Positions 27,755 through 37,369 of a stretch of 64,000 nt of DNA are shown here, piece after piece (within the stretch, counting starts at the first letter, position 1; each line of letters starts with the position of its first letter). The DNA comes from Candidatus Acetothermia bacterium (GTDB lineage: Bacteria; Bipolaricaulota; Bipolaricaulia; RBG-16-55-9; DRXL01), in NCBI GenBank assembly GCA_022683945.1, contig JAJHSH010000067.1:2085-66084 (forward strand), read 5' to 3'. The notes beneath the pieces are model-generated. The model searched no databases, was not told the DNA's origin, and was given only the letters and a program-made list of their open reading frames with translations. Both the position numbers and the translations under genes were made by a program.

Positions 27755-29350
27755 TTATGGTTCCCGCCCGACCACGAACGTGTGGAGCACGCCATTGGTT
27801 TCTGAGTCCACCGAGGTCGTGGTTTCAGTGGAAACCCAAAGTGTCGTTGCGCCGCTGATCGTAATCGGGCCGAGCATGATTTTATCTGCGGTCAGCTTGA
27901 TCACCACTTGCGGCAGCGGCGCGCCATTGACGAGAGCCGTGACGCTCGCGAGCGCGGAAAAATCTCCGCGCAACACGAGCGTCGGCTCAAGCGTTTCTCC
28001 GCTCGCGTCCAATGCGGAATCGAAGACCGGCTCGACCAACTTGTTGAGCGAAATGGTGAGCGGCTTGGCTTTGCTCACTGTCAACGCGGCGAGCACGAGA
28101 TCAAACGTCACCGTATCGGCACGACTCAGCTCGACTTCTAGTGAGTTAGTCTCGGACTTCCGGGTCGCGCGTATCGCGCCGGGTTTGTTCGTCCACGGCG
28201 CGGTAATATCAAGCTCCACCCAATACGCTTTGCGATGCGTGTTCGTGTAGGATTTGTAAACCACGGTCTTGGGAGCGCGAAGGCGCGTGCGCCGGCTGAG
28301 AAATTCCATCATGCCGATCAGCTTGCCGGGATTCTGCGGATCGTCAACGCCGCTGATGCCGGAGGCCGGCGTTGTGCCCATGACCCACTTGCTGTCGACC
28401 TGATGTCGAACCGGCGTGAACATGAACGCCCAATCATAGCCCTCCCGATGACGCGTATGCAGCTCCGATAAAGTCGGTGTGTGACCAAAGCAGAGCTTCG
28501 TCTTGCCGTGACATCCGTTCCACGAAGGATCCATCAGCATGTGCGCGCCGTGTTGATATTGTCCCGGCGTTGGAATGTTGTACGCGACGCCATCCTGCGT
28601 GCCGTGCCCATGATAGACCGGCAGATTGTAAGCATTCTCCACGAGAAAACGTCCGCTGGTAATCGTGTACATCGTATTGACGAACGGGCTGTCGCCGGGC
28701 TTGCCGCCGGTCATGCCTTCCTTGCAGGCCGCGGGTTCGGGCCGACGCACAAAAATTTCGTACATATCCGCAGCCGGCCCGAGCGGCGCGATGGCCGCAA
28801 AGAGATCGGGATTCTTCAGTCCGATGATGTACGCACCGCGGCCGCCCATCGAAAAGCCGGAGAGATAGATGCGATCTTCATCAATCGGAAAGTTCGCCTT
28901 GGCCCAGGTGATAGCGTCGAGAATGTCGCGCTCGCCGGGACCGACGTTGGGATTGGGATTATCTACATAAGCCGCGGAGGTTCGCCACGGGCAGCCTTGA
29001 TTGGCGAGGTTCCATCTGCGGCCATCGGGCGCGAGCGCGATCCATCCGCGGCTATCAAACTCCTGCGTCATTGCCGGATGGAACGTGCCGAGTCCGCCGC
29101 CGCCGTGCAAATAGACAAAGAGCGGAACTTTGCCGGCTTGCGGGTTGAAATTTTTAGGAATCCAAAGCAATGAGGTAAGCGCCTCGCCGTCAATCGAAGA
29201 ACGATACGTGATGCTTTGCGAACCGGGCAGTTGAGCGGGCACAGTTACGGTGATGCTGTCCGACGCGGCATCGCCAGCGCCGTTCTCCGCTTGGGCGAAG
29301 CAAAGTGAGTTGAGCAAAAGAAAACAGATGAATAATTTCAGTTTTCTCAT
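27755..29350 (-). CDS. Secreted alpha/beta-hydrolase (esterase/depolymerase-like)
   Basis: Start at Met 36 of the ORF-track call (MRKLKLFICFLLLNSLCFAQA signal peptide). GFSMGG nucleophile elbow, YLHGGGG oxyanion region, Thr/Ser-rich C-terminal beta-domain. Confidence 0.75.
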   Translation of the reverse strand: MRKLKLFICFLLLNSLCFAQAENGAGDAASDSITVTVPAQLPGSQSITYRSSIDGEALTSLLWIPKNFNPQAGKVPLFVYLHGGGGLGTFHPAMTQEFDSRGWIALAPDGRRWNLANQGCPWRTSAAYVDNPNPNVGPGERDILDAITWAKANFPIDEDRIYLSGFSMGGRGAYIIGLKNPDLFAAIAPLGPAADMYEIFVRRPEPAACKEGMTGGKPGDSPFVNTMYTITSGRFLVENAYNLPVYHGHGTQDGVAYNIPTPGQYQHGAHMLMDPSWNGCHGKTKLCFGHTPTLSELHTRHREGYDWAFMFTPVRHQVDSKWVMGTTPASGISGVDDPQNPGKLIGMMEFLSRRTRLRAPKTVVYKSYTNTHRKAYWVELDITAPWTNKPGAIRATRKSETNSLEVELSRADTVTFDLVLAALTVSKAKPLTISLNKLVEPVFDSALDASGETLEPTLVLRGDFSALASVTALVNGAPLPQVVIKLTADKIMLGPITISGATTLWVSTETTTSVDSETNGVLHTFVVGREP

Positions 29351-29454
29351 AGAATCCCTCCGTTTCGTCGACATCATTAATGCTGAGATTTTAAAGGGCT
29401 GGTAGTAAAAAGTCTGTAGAAAGAAGATTAAAAGACGGGGACGCTCACAGCACA

Positions 29455-29505
29455 ATAGACATTCACCCCGCTTATCTGCTAGAATAAACCATCAAGCGAT
29501 CATTC
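29455..29505. repeat. Direct repeat copy 2
   Basis: ATAGACATTCACCCCGCTTATCTGCTAGAATAAACCATCAAGCGATCATTC; pairs with 27584-27628. Confidence 0.7.
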
Positions 29506-29564
29506 ACTCCTCCCCAACCTCCCCGTATGCGGGGAGGGAAAGGGGTGGGGTAAGAGGGGGAAGT

Positions 29565-30320
29565 ATGCAAGCTCTGAGAATCGTTCTCTTCAGTCTGGTC
29601 GTGTTGTCCTTGGGGATCTCTTTCGCGCAAGCCCAGCCGGCTGCGGGATATGTCTCTCTGCGCCTGCTGGGGCCGAGCCATCTCTGCACGCTCGAATTCG
29701 ACGGAGCGCTCGCCTGTAAGATCCGATTAGGGCAGATCCTGCAAGTCTGGGCCAAGGCCCACGGCAGCCCCGCGTGGGCACCGATTAGCTTAATTGCGAA
29801 CTGGCTCCCGGATAATGCTTCTTTTGAGTCGGTCTGGCGCCAAGGCGAAGCCGTCCAAGTCTTCACGTTTACCCCGCAAGCAGCACACGTCACCAAACCC
29901 GGCGACCCGTTGAGAGTGCGCTTCATCACGCGAAACGATTACGCCGGCGATTGGCGCGAACTGAGAATCTACATACAGCCCAACCGGCCGCCCGTCGCCG
30001 ATCCCGGCCCTGATCAGGTCGTTCATCCGGGTCAGATCGTCTTGTTAAGCGCCTTCGAGAGCACCGACCCCGATGGCGAAGTCTTGCAGTATCGCTGGGT
30101 GCAGATCGCCGGCCCGCCCGTCTTGCTCTTCGGCGACGAGACGCTCTACGCGGTCTTCATCGCCCCGACAGCTCCGGCCAAGCTCGTCTTTCGCTTGATC
30201 GTGAGCGATGGGGCCTATAGCGCTTATAAAGACGTCACGATCTCTGTGGAGCCCAAGACAGGATGGCTCACGCTGCTGGGAGGCAACGGGGTAAGCTCGC
30301 TTTTCGATGATCGTCGTTGA
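29565..30320 (+). CDS. Secreted protein with PKD/Ig-like domain
   Basis: Signal peptide. NRPPVADPGPDQVVHPGQIVLLSAFESTDPDGEVLQYRWVQIAGPPV matches the PKD-like repeat pattern (PVA.AGPDQ.V....V.LDGS.S.DPDG....Y.W.Q..GP). Confidence 0.5.
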   Translation: MQALRIVLFSLVVLSLGISFAQAQPAAGYVSLRLLGPSHLCTLEFDGALACKIRLGQILQVWAKAHGSPAWAPISLIANWLPDNASFESVWRQGEAVQVFTFTPQAAHVTKPGDPLRVRFITRNDYAGDWRELRIYIQPNRPPVADPGPDQVVHPGQIVLLSAFESTDPDGEVLQYRWVQIAGPPVLLFGDETLYAVFIAPTAPAKLVFRLIVSDGAYSAYKDVTISVEPKTGWLTLLGGNGVSSLFDDRR

Positions 30321-31099
30321 ACTCTGTTAATCAGTATCAATGGTTCTGGCTGCTCGCCGCAGCCATGACTCTGGGGCTGCTTTGGGAGATAGGAGTCTGG
30401 CTCTCTCAAACGCCCGTCTATATCTTGCCCGCGCCGAGCCGGATCGCGATGCGTTTTGTCTCCGATTTTTTCTTAATCGTTGAGCACTTCTTCGCCACGC
30501 TGAGCGGCGTGCTCTTGGGCTTCATCCTAGCGCTGGTCGCCGCGCTCCTCATAGCGCTCGCTATTTTCTATAACAGAATTATAGAGCGCTTGCTCTACCC
30601 GACGATGATCTTTCTGCAGAACATGCCGTTGTTCGCGATAGCGCCGTTGTTAAAGCTCTGGCTCGGTTTTACGATCTGGCCCAAGATCATCATCGTAGCT
30701 CTTATCGCGTTTTTCCCTATGGCTGTCAATACGGTAGATGGGCTGCGCGCTACCGAGAGCGAACTGATAAGATTCTTCAAGATCTTGGGGGCTTCGCGAC
30801 GGCAAACGCTATGGAAGTTGCTCTTTCCCTCAGCGCTGCCGTTCATCTTCTCTGGGATGCGTGTGGGGGTGACGCTCAGCGTCGTCGGCGCGGTGATCGG
30901 GGAGTGGGTGGGAGCCCAAGCGGGCTTGGGCTATCTGATGCTGCGGGCCAATGCGACGCTCAAAACAGATTTAGTCTTCGCGGCGATCTTCGTGCTGGCT
31001 GGCTTGGGCGCAGCGCTCTTTGGGATTTTGACGCTGCTGGAGCGCGCTTGCACGCCGTGGCGCTTTATTGGCTCTCACACGGCAAATCTGCTAGACTGA
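30317..31099 (+). CDS. ABC transporter permease, NitT/TauT (SsuC/TauC-like) family
   Basis: 260 aa, 6 TM, EAA-region ILGASRRQTLWKLLFPSALPFIFSGMRVG. Confidence 0.75.
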   Translation: MNSVNQYQWFWLLAAAMTLGLLWEIGVWLSQTPVYILPAPSRIAMRFVSDFFLIVEHFFATLSGVLLGFILALVAALLIALAIFYNRIIERLLYPTMIFLQNMPLFAIAPLLKLWLGFTIWPKIIIVALIAFFPMAVNTVDGLRATESELIRFFKILGASRRQTLWKLLFPSALPFIFSGMRVGVTLSVVGAVIGEWVGAQAGLGYLMLRANATLKTDLVFAAIFVLAGLGAALFGILTLLERACTPWRFIGSHTANLLD

Positions 31100-31100
31100 C

Positions 31101-32219
31101 GTGCCTATGTCTTTTACAAGTTTAGTGCTCAAGAATCTTTGGCGACATAAGATTCGCAGTCTCTTAGCAATCACGGGGATCAGTTTGGGGATCGCGACGA
31201 TCATCGCGCTCGGCGCGGTGGCCGACGGCATGGAGCAGAACTTAATAGCAACGTTGCGCTCCGGCAAAGCCGACTTTTCTATAGGCCAAGCCAACGCCCC
31301 GATGATCATTTTAAGTTCCGTTCCCCAAGCGCGCGTCGCCGAGATCGCCCGCTGGGAAGAGGTCGAGCAAGCCGTAGGCGCGCTCGTCTCCTTCTCTAGT
31401 TTCCAAAATAACCCCTATTTTATGGCCATCGGCATCGAGCCGGAAGCGCTCGATCTCGGTGGGGTAACTATTCTCCAAGGGCGTCCGTTCGCACGCGAAG
31501 ACGAAATTCTCTTGGGGAAGATGACCGCCGGCACTCTGAATATCTCTTTGGGAGAGAGCGTCTCGCTCGACGCGCAGCGCTTGCGCGTCGTCGGCATCTA
31601 TGAGACGGGCAATCTCTTTCAAGACGCCGGCGCGCTGCTCTATCTGCCTACGTTACAGAAGCTCAAGAACCGTTCTGGTGAGATCACGGTGATCTTAGTC
31701 AAAGCTAAAGCGGGAGCCGATCTCAATCGCTTGACCGAGCGCGTCGAGCGCGCATATAAAAATGAGCTGGTCACGCTGCGCTCTGCAGAAGAATTTAATA
31801 GAAATTATCAGAGTTTGAGCTTGGTGCGCGCGGGAAGTTGGCTCGTCTCGCTTTTGGCTTTGGTGATCGGCGGGATCGGCGTGGTGAACACCATGATGAT
31901 GTCGGTCTTTGAGCGGACGCGCGAGATTGGGATCTTAAGGGCCGTAGGCTGGCGACGCTGGCGCGTCTTGCAGCTGGTCTTGGGGGAATCGCTCTCGTTG
32001 GGGATGCTCGCAGCGCTGGCGGGGACGCTGATGGGATGGGCCTTGGCACGGGCGGTCGTCTTGCTCCCGCAGGCGCGCGGCTTGATCGCCCCCGCTTATG
32101 GCTCCGAATTGTTTTTAAAAGCGCTCGCACTCTCACTGGTCGTCGGGCTGCTCGGAGGGCTCTATCCGGCCTACAGAGCTTCGAAGATTCTGCCTCAAGA
32201 AGCGTTGCGCTATGAGTGA
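31101..32219 (+). CDS. ABC transporter permease, FtsX/MacB/LolE-like
   Basis: 372 aa; N-terminal TM, large extracytoplasmic domain, C-terminal 3-TM FtsX module. GTG start at 31101 or ATG at 31107. Confidence 0.8.
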   Translation: MPMSFTSLVLKNLWRHKIRSLLAITGISLGIATIIALGAVADGMEQNLIATLRSGKADFSIGQANAPMIILSSVPQARVAEIARWEEVEQAVGALVSFSSFQNNPYFMAIGIEPEALDLGGVTILQGRPFAREDEILLGKMTAGTLNISLGESVSLDAQRLRVVGIYETGNLFQDAGALLYLPTLQKLKNRSGEITVILVKAKAGADLNRLTERVERAYKNELVTLRSAEEFNRNYQSLSLVRAGSWLVSLLALVIGGIGVVNTMMMSVFERTREIGILRAVGWRRWRVLQLVLGESLSLGMLAALAGTLMGWALARAVVLLPQARGLIAPAYGSELFLKALALSLVVGLLGGLYPAYRASKILPQEALRYE

Positions 32220-32892
32220 GAAAATTATTATCGCCAAAGATTTAGTGAAGACCTATGAGAACGGGCGCACGCGCGCGCTCGACGGGGTCAGTCTGGAGAT
32301 CTTTCGCGGAGAAGCCGTAGCGATCTGTGGGCCATCGGGCTCGGGTAAGAGCACTCTTTTGAATCTCATCGGCGCGCTGGATCGTCCAGATTCTGGAGAA
32401 CTCATCGTCGCCGGCGAAAATTTGGTACGTCAGCGGAGCGATCTCGCGGACTTCCGCGCGCGCAAACTGGGCCTGATCTTTCAGTTGCACAATCTCATCC
32501 CCGCGTTGACAGCGCTGGAAAACGTGCTCATCCCAACGTTGGGGATCAACGGAGGAAGACGAGAGATCCAAGCGCAGGCAAAGATGCTCCTAGAGCGGGT
32601 TGGCTTGCACGATAAGACTCATCGTAGGCCGCCGGAACTATCGGGCGGAGAGCGCCAGCGCGTGGCCGTCGCACGCGCGTTGGTCAACAACCCCGAACTC
32701 ATTCTTGCCGACGAGCCCACCGGCAGCTTAGATTCCAAGAGCGAGAAGCAAGTACTCGATCTGCTGAGAGAGCTGCAAACTGAGCGCGGAGTCACTTTGA
32801 TCTTAGTGACGCACGATCCGCGTGTAGCGCAAAGCGCCGACCGCGTCATCGAGCTCTTAGACGGGTGCGTCAGAGCCCCAGTTGCCGCTTGA
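32212..32892 (+). CDS. ABC transporter ATP-binding protein (LolD/MacB-type)
   Basis: Walker A GPSGSGKST, signature LSGGERQRVAVARAL, Walker B ILADEPTGSLD. Confidence 0.9.
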   Translation: MSEKIIIAKDLVKTYENGRTRALDGVSLEIFRGEAVAICGPSGSGKSTLLNLIGALDRPDSGELIVAGENLVRQRSDLADFRARKLGLIFQLHNLIPALTALENVLIPTLGINGGRREIQAQAKMLLERVGLHDKTHRRPPELSGGERQRVAVARALVNNPELILADEPTGSLDSKSEKQVLDLLRELQTERGVTLILVTHDPRVAQSADRVIELLDGCVRAPVAA

Positions 32893-33709
32893 GCAGATAT
32901 TCGAAGACCCTGCTGGGGAGAAAGCGTCGCAGGGGGATGAAAGATCTTGCATCGCGCCCCACGGGGTAGCGCAGCTTCGGATGAGGGTGCGCGAGCGCGC
33001 GATAGATCGTCTCTGCGACTCTCTCAGGAGGGGCAGCGCGATAGATATTTCTCTGAATGCGGCGACTGCTGACCTGCTTGAAGGGAGTATAAGGGGAGTC
33101 GTCGCTCTGCGCGTCTTGGGCCAATTGCACATTCTCTTGAAACTTGGTGGCGATGAAACCCGGCTCGATAAGAATAGCTTTGATGTTCCACGGGGCCAGT
33201 TCGTAGCGCAGGGTCTCCGTCAGCCCTTCCAGAGCGAATTTGCTCGCCGTGTACGGCCCGGAGAACGGAATGGCCATGCGCCCCAAAACCGAGCTGATAT
33301 TGACAATCACACCCGATCTTTGCTGGCGCATCTGGGGGAGGACGGCTTGGGTGACACGAATCGCACCGAAGAAGTTCGTCTCAAACTGTTTCTGCCACTC
33401 ATCAAGCGAGACTTCTTCTATAGCGCCGCGCAGCCCGTAGCCGGCGTTGTTCACTAAGACGTCGATGCGTCCGCTCTTTTGTAAGATTTGTGTTACGGCG
33501 TTCTTCACAGAACTGTTGTCGCAGACGTCGAGCTGAGCGATCTCAATAGACAGCTTCTCAGACTCGATGGCCTTGTGCAGTTCGCTTGTTTTTTCTAGGT
33601 TGCGCACGGTGGCCCAGACGGTGTAGCCGCGCCGCGCGAGATAGCTAGAAGTTTCTAAGCCGATGCCGCTGCTGCTGCCAGTGATGAGCGCGATTCTCTC
33701 GTTATTCAA
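32870..33709 (-). CDS. SDR-family oxidoreductase
   Basis: TGSSSGIG Rossmann motif, NNAG, Y..K. Proposed TTG start at 33709 with AAGGAG 7 nt upstream; the longer ORF-track N-terminus lacks an RBS and SDR homology. Confidence 0.8.
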   Translation of the reverse strand: MNNERIALITGSSSGIGLETSSYLARRGYTVWATVRNLEKTSELHKAIESEKLSIEIAQLDVCDNSSVKNAVTQILQKSGRIDVLVNNAGYGLRGAIEEVSLDEWQKQFETNFFGAIRVTQAVLPQMRQQRSGVIVNISSVLGRMAIPFSGPYTASKFALEGLTETLRYELAPWNIKAILIEPGFIATKFQENVQLAQDAQSDDSPYTPFKQVSSRRIQRNIYRAAPPERVAETIYRALAHPHPKLRYPVGRDARSFIPLRRFLPSRVFEYLLKRQLGL

Positions 33710-34022
33710 GAGCGAACTCCTTATACTCTCCAGTTTGCATAGTTTCGACTGCCTGACGAATCCCCTGAGCGTGCCTTTGTAAGCGTGGCCATGACGTGGA
33801 CAGCAAGACAAGTATAGCTAGCTTTCGCCCGCGCAAGTCTTGCTGATATTGGAGGTTCTGATCTGTAGTTATCAAGAGGTCGTATCCCTCCTCTTCAGCA
33901 ACTTGGAGCAGCTGATTATTTTCAAGATTAGCCCATCCCTGTTCATATACCGTGTTAACGCTATGTCCTTCAAGATAGTCACGCAAGGGAACTGGAGTGC
34001 CCTGATCGAAGAGTATCTTCAT
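33702..34022 (-). CDS. DUF5615-family PIN-like protein (putative toxin)
   Basis: 106 aa (MKILFDQGTP..., DQNL) resembling the DUF5615 family commonly paired with DUF433. Confidence 0.55.
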   Translation of the reverse strand: MKILFDQGTPVPLRDYLEGHSVNTVYEQGWANLENNQLLQVAEEEGYDLLITTDQNLQYQQDLRGRKLAILVLLSTSWPRLQRHAQGIRQAVETMQTGEYKEFALE

Positions 34023-34026
34023 GGAG

Positions 34027-34260
34027 TCATGAGACGCTTAAAGATTCAAGCTCATGATCAAGCACTGCTTCAACTTGCTCGCGTTGCACACCGGGAAACC
34101 ACTTCAAAAAATCTTCAATGGAAGCACCATCTCGAAGATTCTCAAAGAGCGCCCTGACAGGCACCCGCGTGCCACGGAAGACCCAGGCCCCACTCACCTT
34201 GCCTGACGTTTGTTCAACAACCCAACAGCTGCTCCAATCGTGCGCTGGTTGCTCATTCAT
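34027..34260 (-). CDS. DUF433-family protein (putative antitoxin)
   Basis: 77 aa; GTRVPVRALFENLRDGASIEDFLKWFPGVQREQVEAVLDH is characteristic of DUF433. 4-nt gap to the downstream DUF5615 gene. Confidence 0.6.
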   Translation of the reverse strand: MNEQPAHDWSSCWVVEQTSGKVSGAWVFRGTRVPVRALFENLRDGASIEDFLKWFPGVQREQVEAVLDHELESLSVS

Positions 34261-34276
34261 CGGCGTATCACCATTC

Positions 34277-35311
34277 TTAATTATACTGCACCGAATCCGT
34301 CACAGCATACTGCTGCTTTACTCCCGGCACAAGATACTCTTCAAAGGCGCGCTTGAAATCATACGCAGGCTTCCAGTCCCAGTCCGCTCGCGCGGCGCTG
34401 TCATCAATATCCGTTGGCCAACTATCTACAATCTTCTGGCGCTTCAGATCGGGCACGAACGTCACTTGCGCCTTGGGGAAAGCGCGGCGCACCAGCTCGT
34501 AGATCTCTCCTGCCGAGGGGTTGAACGCCGTGGCGTTGTAGACCAAGCGCGTGAGGCGCTCCCGCGGCGCGGCTTCTAGTCCTAAGAGCGCTTCTATAGC
34601 ATCAGGCATAACCATAAACGAGATGCGCGTATCTTCACGAACAAAGCACGGATAGGGTTTCGCCTGCGCAGCGGCATGGAGCATCTCCGGGGCGTAGTCG
34701 CTCGTGCCCCCCGTCGGGACGGTCACGGCGCTGATCAGACCGGGGAAGCGCAGGGCGCGAAAGTCAATATGCCCACGAACAGCTTCAGCATCGAGCTGGC
34801 GATAGTGCTGCGCATAGTAGATTCCCAACTGCTCGCAGTAGAGTTTATTGATGCCGTACATCGTTCGGGGAGTAAGCCATTCGTGCTCTTTGACTTTGCC
34901 GGCGCGCTCTTTTTTCTGTAAGTCGGGCAACCCGTAGACGGCAATCGAACTGGGGTAGAGAAATTTGATCTCGCGCCCCTGCACACGCGATTGCCCTACG
35001 GCCATCTCCAAAAGATTCAGAGTGCCGTCAACGTTGACTTTATGGGCTAAGACGGGCTGGCGCTCGGCCTTGGTCGAGAGCAGCGCGGCCAAGTGATAGA
35101 TGGTGTCAAAATTATAAGTTGCTGAAACGCTCTCTAGAAGAGCAGTGTCTAATATGTCGCCGGTGACCACGCGATAGCACTTGGCCTTGATATTCTCTTC
35201 CAATTCGTGAAGGTCAAGCGCGATGATGCGCAGATTAGGTTGTTCTGCCAATCGCGAGATCAGTCCGTGACCGATCTCGCCGTTGGCTCCCGTCACTAAG
35301 ATCGTTTTCAT
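34277..35311 (-). CDS. NAD-dependent epimerase/dehydratase (extended SDR; threonine-3-dehydrogenase/UDP-sugar epimerase-like)
   Basis: MKTILVTGANGEIG Rossmann start (Met 17 of the ORF-track call; AGGAGG upstream), Y..K catalytic pair. Confidence 0.8.
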   Translation of the reverse strand: MKTILVTGANGEIGHGLISRLAEQPNLRIIALDLHELEENIKAKCYRVVTGDILDTALLESVSATYNFDTIYHLAALLSTKAERQPVLAHKVNVDGTLNLLEMAVGQSRVQGREIKFLYPSSIAVYGLPDLQKKERAGKVKEHEWLTPRTMYGINKLYCEQLGIYYAQHYRQLDAEAVRGHIDFRALRFPGLISAVTVPTGGTSDYAPEMLHAAAQAKPYPCFVREDTRISFMVMPDAIEALLGLEAAPRERLTRLVYNATAFNPSAGEIYELVRRAFPKAQVTFVPDLKRQKIVDSWPTDIDDSAARADWDWKPAYDFKRAFEEYLVPGVKQQYAVTDSVQYN

Positions 35312-35361
35312 AATCCTCCTTTGCAGATATTGTAACGAGAAGACGGGAGGGTGAGGCAACT

Positions 35362-36288
35362 CTAGAAGATCTTGCGGCCCAACGCGGAGGCAATCAGCTC
35401 GACGGCGAGCCGTGCCGTGCGATTGTGCTCATCTAAGATGGGATTGACTTCGACCACTTCCAGCGAGCGCAGCAGCTTCGACTCCGCTACGGTCTCCATC
35501 ACGAGATGCGCCTCGCGGTAGCTCAGCCCACCACTGACCGGGGTACCCACTCCCGGAGCGACGTCGGGATCTATAGAATCCATGTCGAAGCTGATGTGCA
35601 GCGCGTCTGATTCCGTTAAGACTCTGCCCAGCGCTTCGTCCAAAATTTTCTGAAGCCCGCGACGGTCAATATCGGCCATCGTGAAGACGTTGACCCCGGA
35701 CTCTTTGAGAAGCATTCGCTCTCCTGGATCGAGCGAGCGCACGCCGATCAAGGCGACTCTAGCCGGGTCAATGAATTTTTCAGAACGAAAGATCTCCAGT
35801 AACTGAGGAGCGCCGCGCCCGGTGCCCACGGCCAGCGCCATGCCGTGAATATTTCCCGACGGCGTCGTCTGCGGCGTGTTGAAATCCCCGTGCGCATCTA
35901 TCCAAATAACGCCGGGGGTCTTCCAGACTTGCGCCAGTGCCGCCAACGTTCCGATAGAGAGACTGTGATCGCCGCCCAAGATCAACGGCGTCTGTTCGTC
36001 GGAGAAGACGGAGATGACGGCATTGCGGATGCGCTCGGCTGCTTCTATCACAAAGGGCAGATAGCGCAATTGGGGATCGGCCCGCGTTGGGGACTGTTCA
36101 GCGATGGGGACGCTGATGTTCCCCAAGTCTTCGCAGTGCAGTCCCAAGGCGCGAATCTCTTCAGCGAGCTGAGCGTAACGAATGGCGCTGGGGCCCATAT
36201 CCACGCCGCGCCGCCCAGCTCCTAAATCTATGGGCACACCGAGAACTTGAATGGTTCGCATCTTGCTAGAAGTTCCATCCTCTGTCAA
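35362..36288 (-). CDS. rocF: Arginase (ureohydrolase family)
   Basis: Mn-binding motifs GGDHSLS, DAHGD, SFDMDSIDP; GLSYRE. Confidence 0.85.
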   Translation of the reverse strand: MTEDGTSSKMRTIQVLGVPIDLGAGRRGVDMGPSAIRYAQLAEEIRALGLHCEDLGNISVPIAEQSPTRADPQLRYLPFVIEAAERIRNAVISVFSDEQTPLILGGDHSLSIGTLAALAQVWKTPGVIWIDAHGDFNTPQTTPSGNIHGMALAVGTGRGAPQLLEIFRSEKFIDPARVALIGVRSLDPGERMLLKESGVNVFTMADIDRRGLQKILDEALGRVLTESDALHISFDMDSIDPDVAPGVGTPVSGGLSYREAHLVMETVAESKLLRSLEVVEVNPILDEHNRTARLAVELIASALGRKIF

Positions 36289-36291
36289 ATG

Positions 36292-36765
36292 TCAAAAGTG
36301 ATCTTGCGTATCGCCCAGCAATCTCTGAATATACGCGATCTGGCCACTGTGATAGGCCGTATGCTCCCCAAATCCTCTGAACAAGACCTTTTGAGCCGTC
36401 CAGGTCTCTCCCCAAGCCATCGAGCACGGTTGCTCAAAGCTCTGCAGACGGTCAATAGCCTCCTGTGTCTCTCTGAGAGTTTTGTGAATAAGTTCTTGGA
36501 CAGCTTGAGCCGTTGCGTATCTCTCTTTGAACTGCTGGGTTGCACGTTTATCCATCGCTGGAGTCTTTTCGCCGCGCAAGAGCGGAGTCATAGAATAGAA
36601 CGCCAGTGCGACGTGCCAAGCGATCTCTTGAGCAGAGCTGGCCGTCGGCTCCGGCTTCCACGTCCACTTATCTGCCGGCACGGTCATCACGAGCTTGATA
36701 AACTCGTCAGCTACGTCATTAATAAACGACTTGGCGAGCGCTTTAAGTTCCTTACTCATAGGCAT
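36292..36765 (-). CDS. DinB-family protein (paralog 1)
   Basis: 157 aa, four-helix-bundle DinB/YfiT-like with C-terminal HTAYHSGQIAYIQRLLG. Confidence 0.65.
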   Translation of the reverse strand: MPMSKELKALAKSFINDVADEFIKLVMTVPADKWTWKPEPTASSAQEIAWHVALAFYSMTPLLRGEKTPAMDKRATQQFKERYATAQAVQELIHKTLRETQEAIDRLQSFEQPCSMAWGETWTAQKVLFRGFGEHTAYHSGQIAYIQRLLGDTQDHF

Positions 36766-36777
36766 CAGCTCCTTTAG

Positions 36778-37350
36778 CTACTCAATTCCTCCGTGCTTAC
36801 GGATCAACTCGGCTATTTCGTTATGACCCTTCTCGATTGCCACGCGCAGCGGCCTCTTGCCTTCAAAATCTTGTACATGGACGTCGGCGCCGCGAGACAG
36901 CAGCCACTGCACCATATCTTTATGCCCGAACCGCACAGCACCTTGAAGCGCTGAAGTGAAGCCTTCAGTAGCTTCGTGCGCAACCAAGAGTTCCGCGATC
37001 TTCGTCTGCCCGCTGAGCGCCGCGAAGAACATCACCGGGATACCATGAGCGCCCTTCGACTTAGCCAAGCTAGGATCAGTCTGCAAGAATGCCTTCACAC
37101 GATCAGCCATGCCGAGCATCGCCGCTGTGCAGATATCAAGTGGCACTCCCTTCGACAAAAGATACTTCGCAATCTCCGAGCTGCCTACGTGCGCCGCGGC
37201 TTCCAGAGCCGTCTCGTTGGTTTTGGGCCAGCGGACGTTGAGTAGCGCGGGGTTGGCCTCCAGCATCTCTTTCGCTTTGGCGAAATTGCCGTGAGCCGCA
37301 ATCACGAATTGCTCGACTTCTTCGTGCGTGGGTTCTGCCTTCTCAACCAT
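36778..37350 (-). CDS. Ankyrin-repeat protein
   Basis: Start at Met 121 of the ORF-track call (purine-rich RBS). 3-4 ANK repeats (ALEAAAHVGSSEIAKYLLSKGVPLD...). The upstream 120 codons are low-complexity and probably non-coding. Confidence 0.7.
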   Translation of the reverse strand: MVEKAEPTHEEVEQFVIAAHGNFAKAKEMLEANPALLNVRWPKTNETALEAAAHVGSSEIAKYLLSKGVPLDICTAAMLGMADRVKAFLQTDPSLAKSKGAHGIPVMFFAALSGQTKIAELLVAHEATEGFTSALQGAVRFGHKDMVQWLLSRGADVHVQDFEGKRPLRVAIEKGHNEIAELIRKHGGIE

Positions 37351-37369
37351 GATCGTTCTTCCTTCTTCC

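Noticed and set aside
28481-29173. 230-aa plus-strand ORF
   Set aside because: Antisense to the esterase gene; no motifs.
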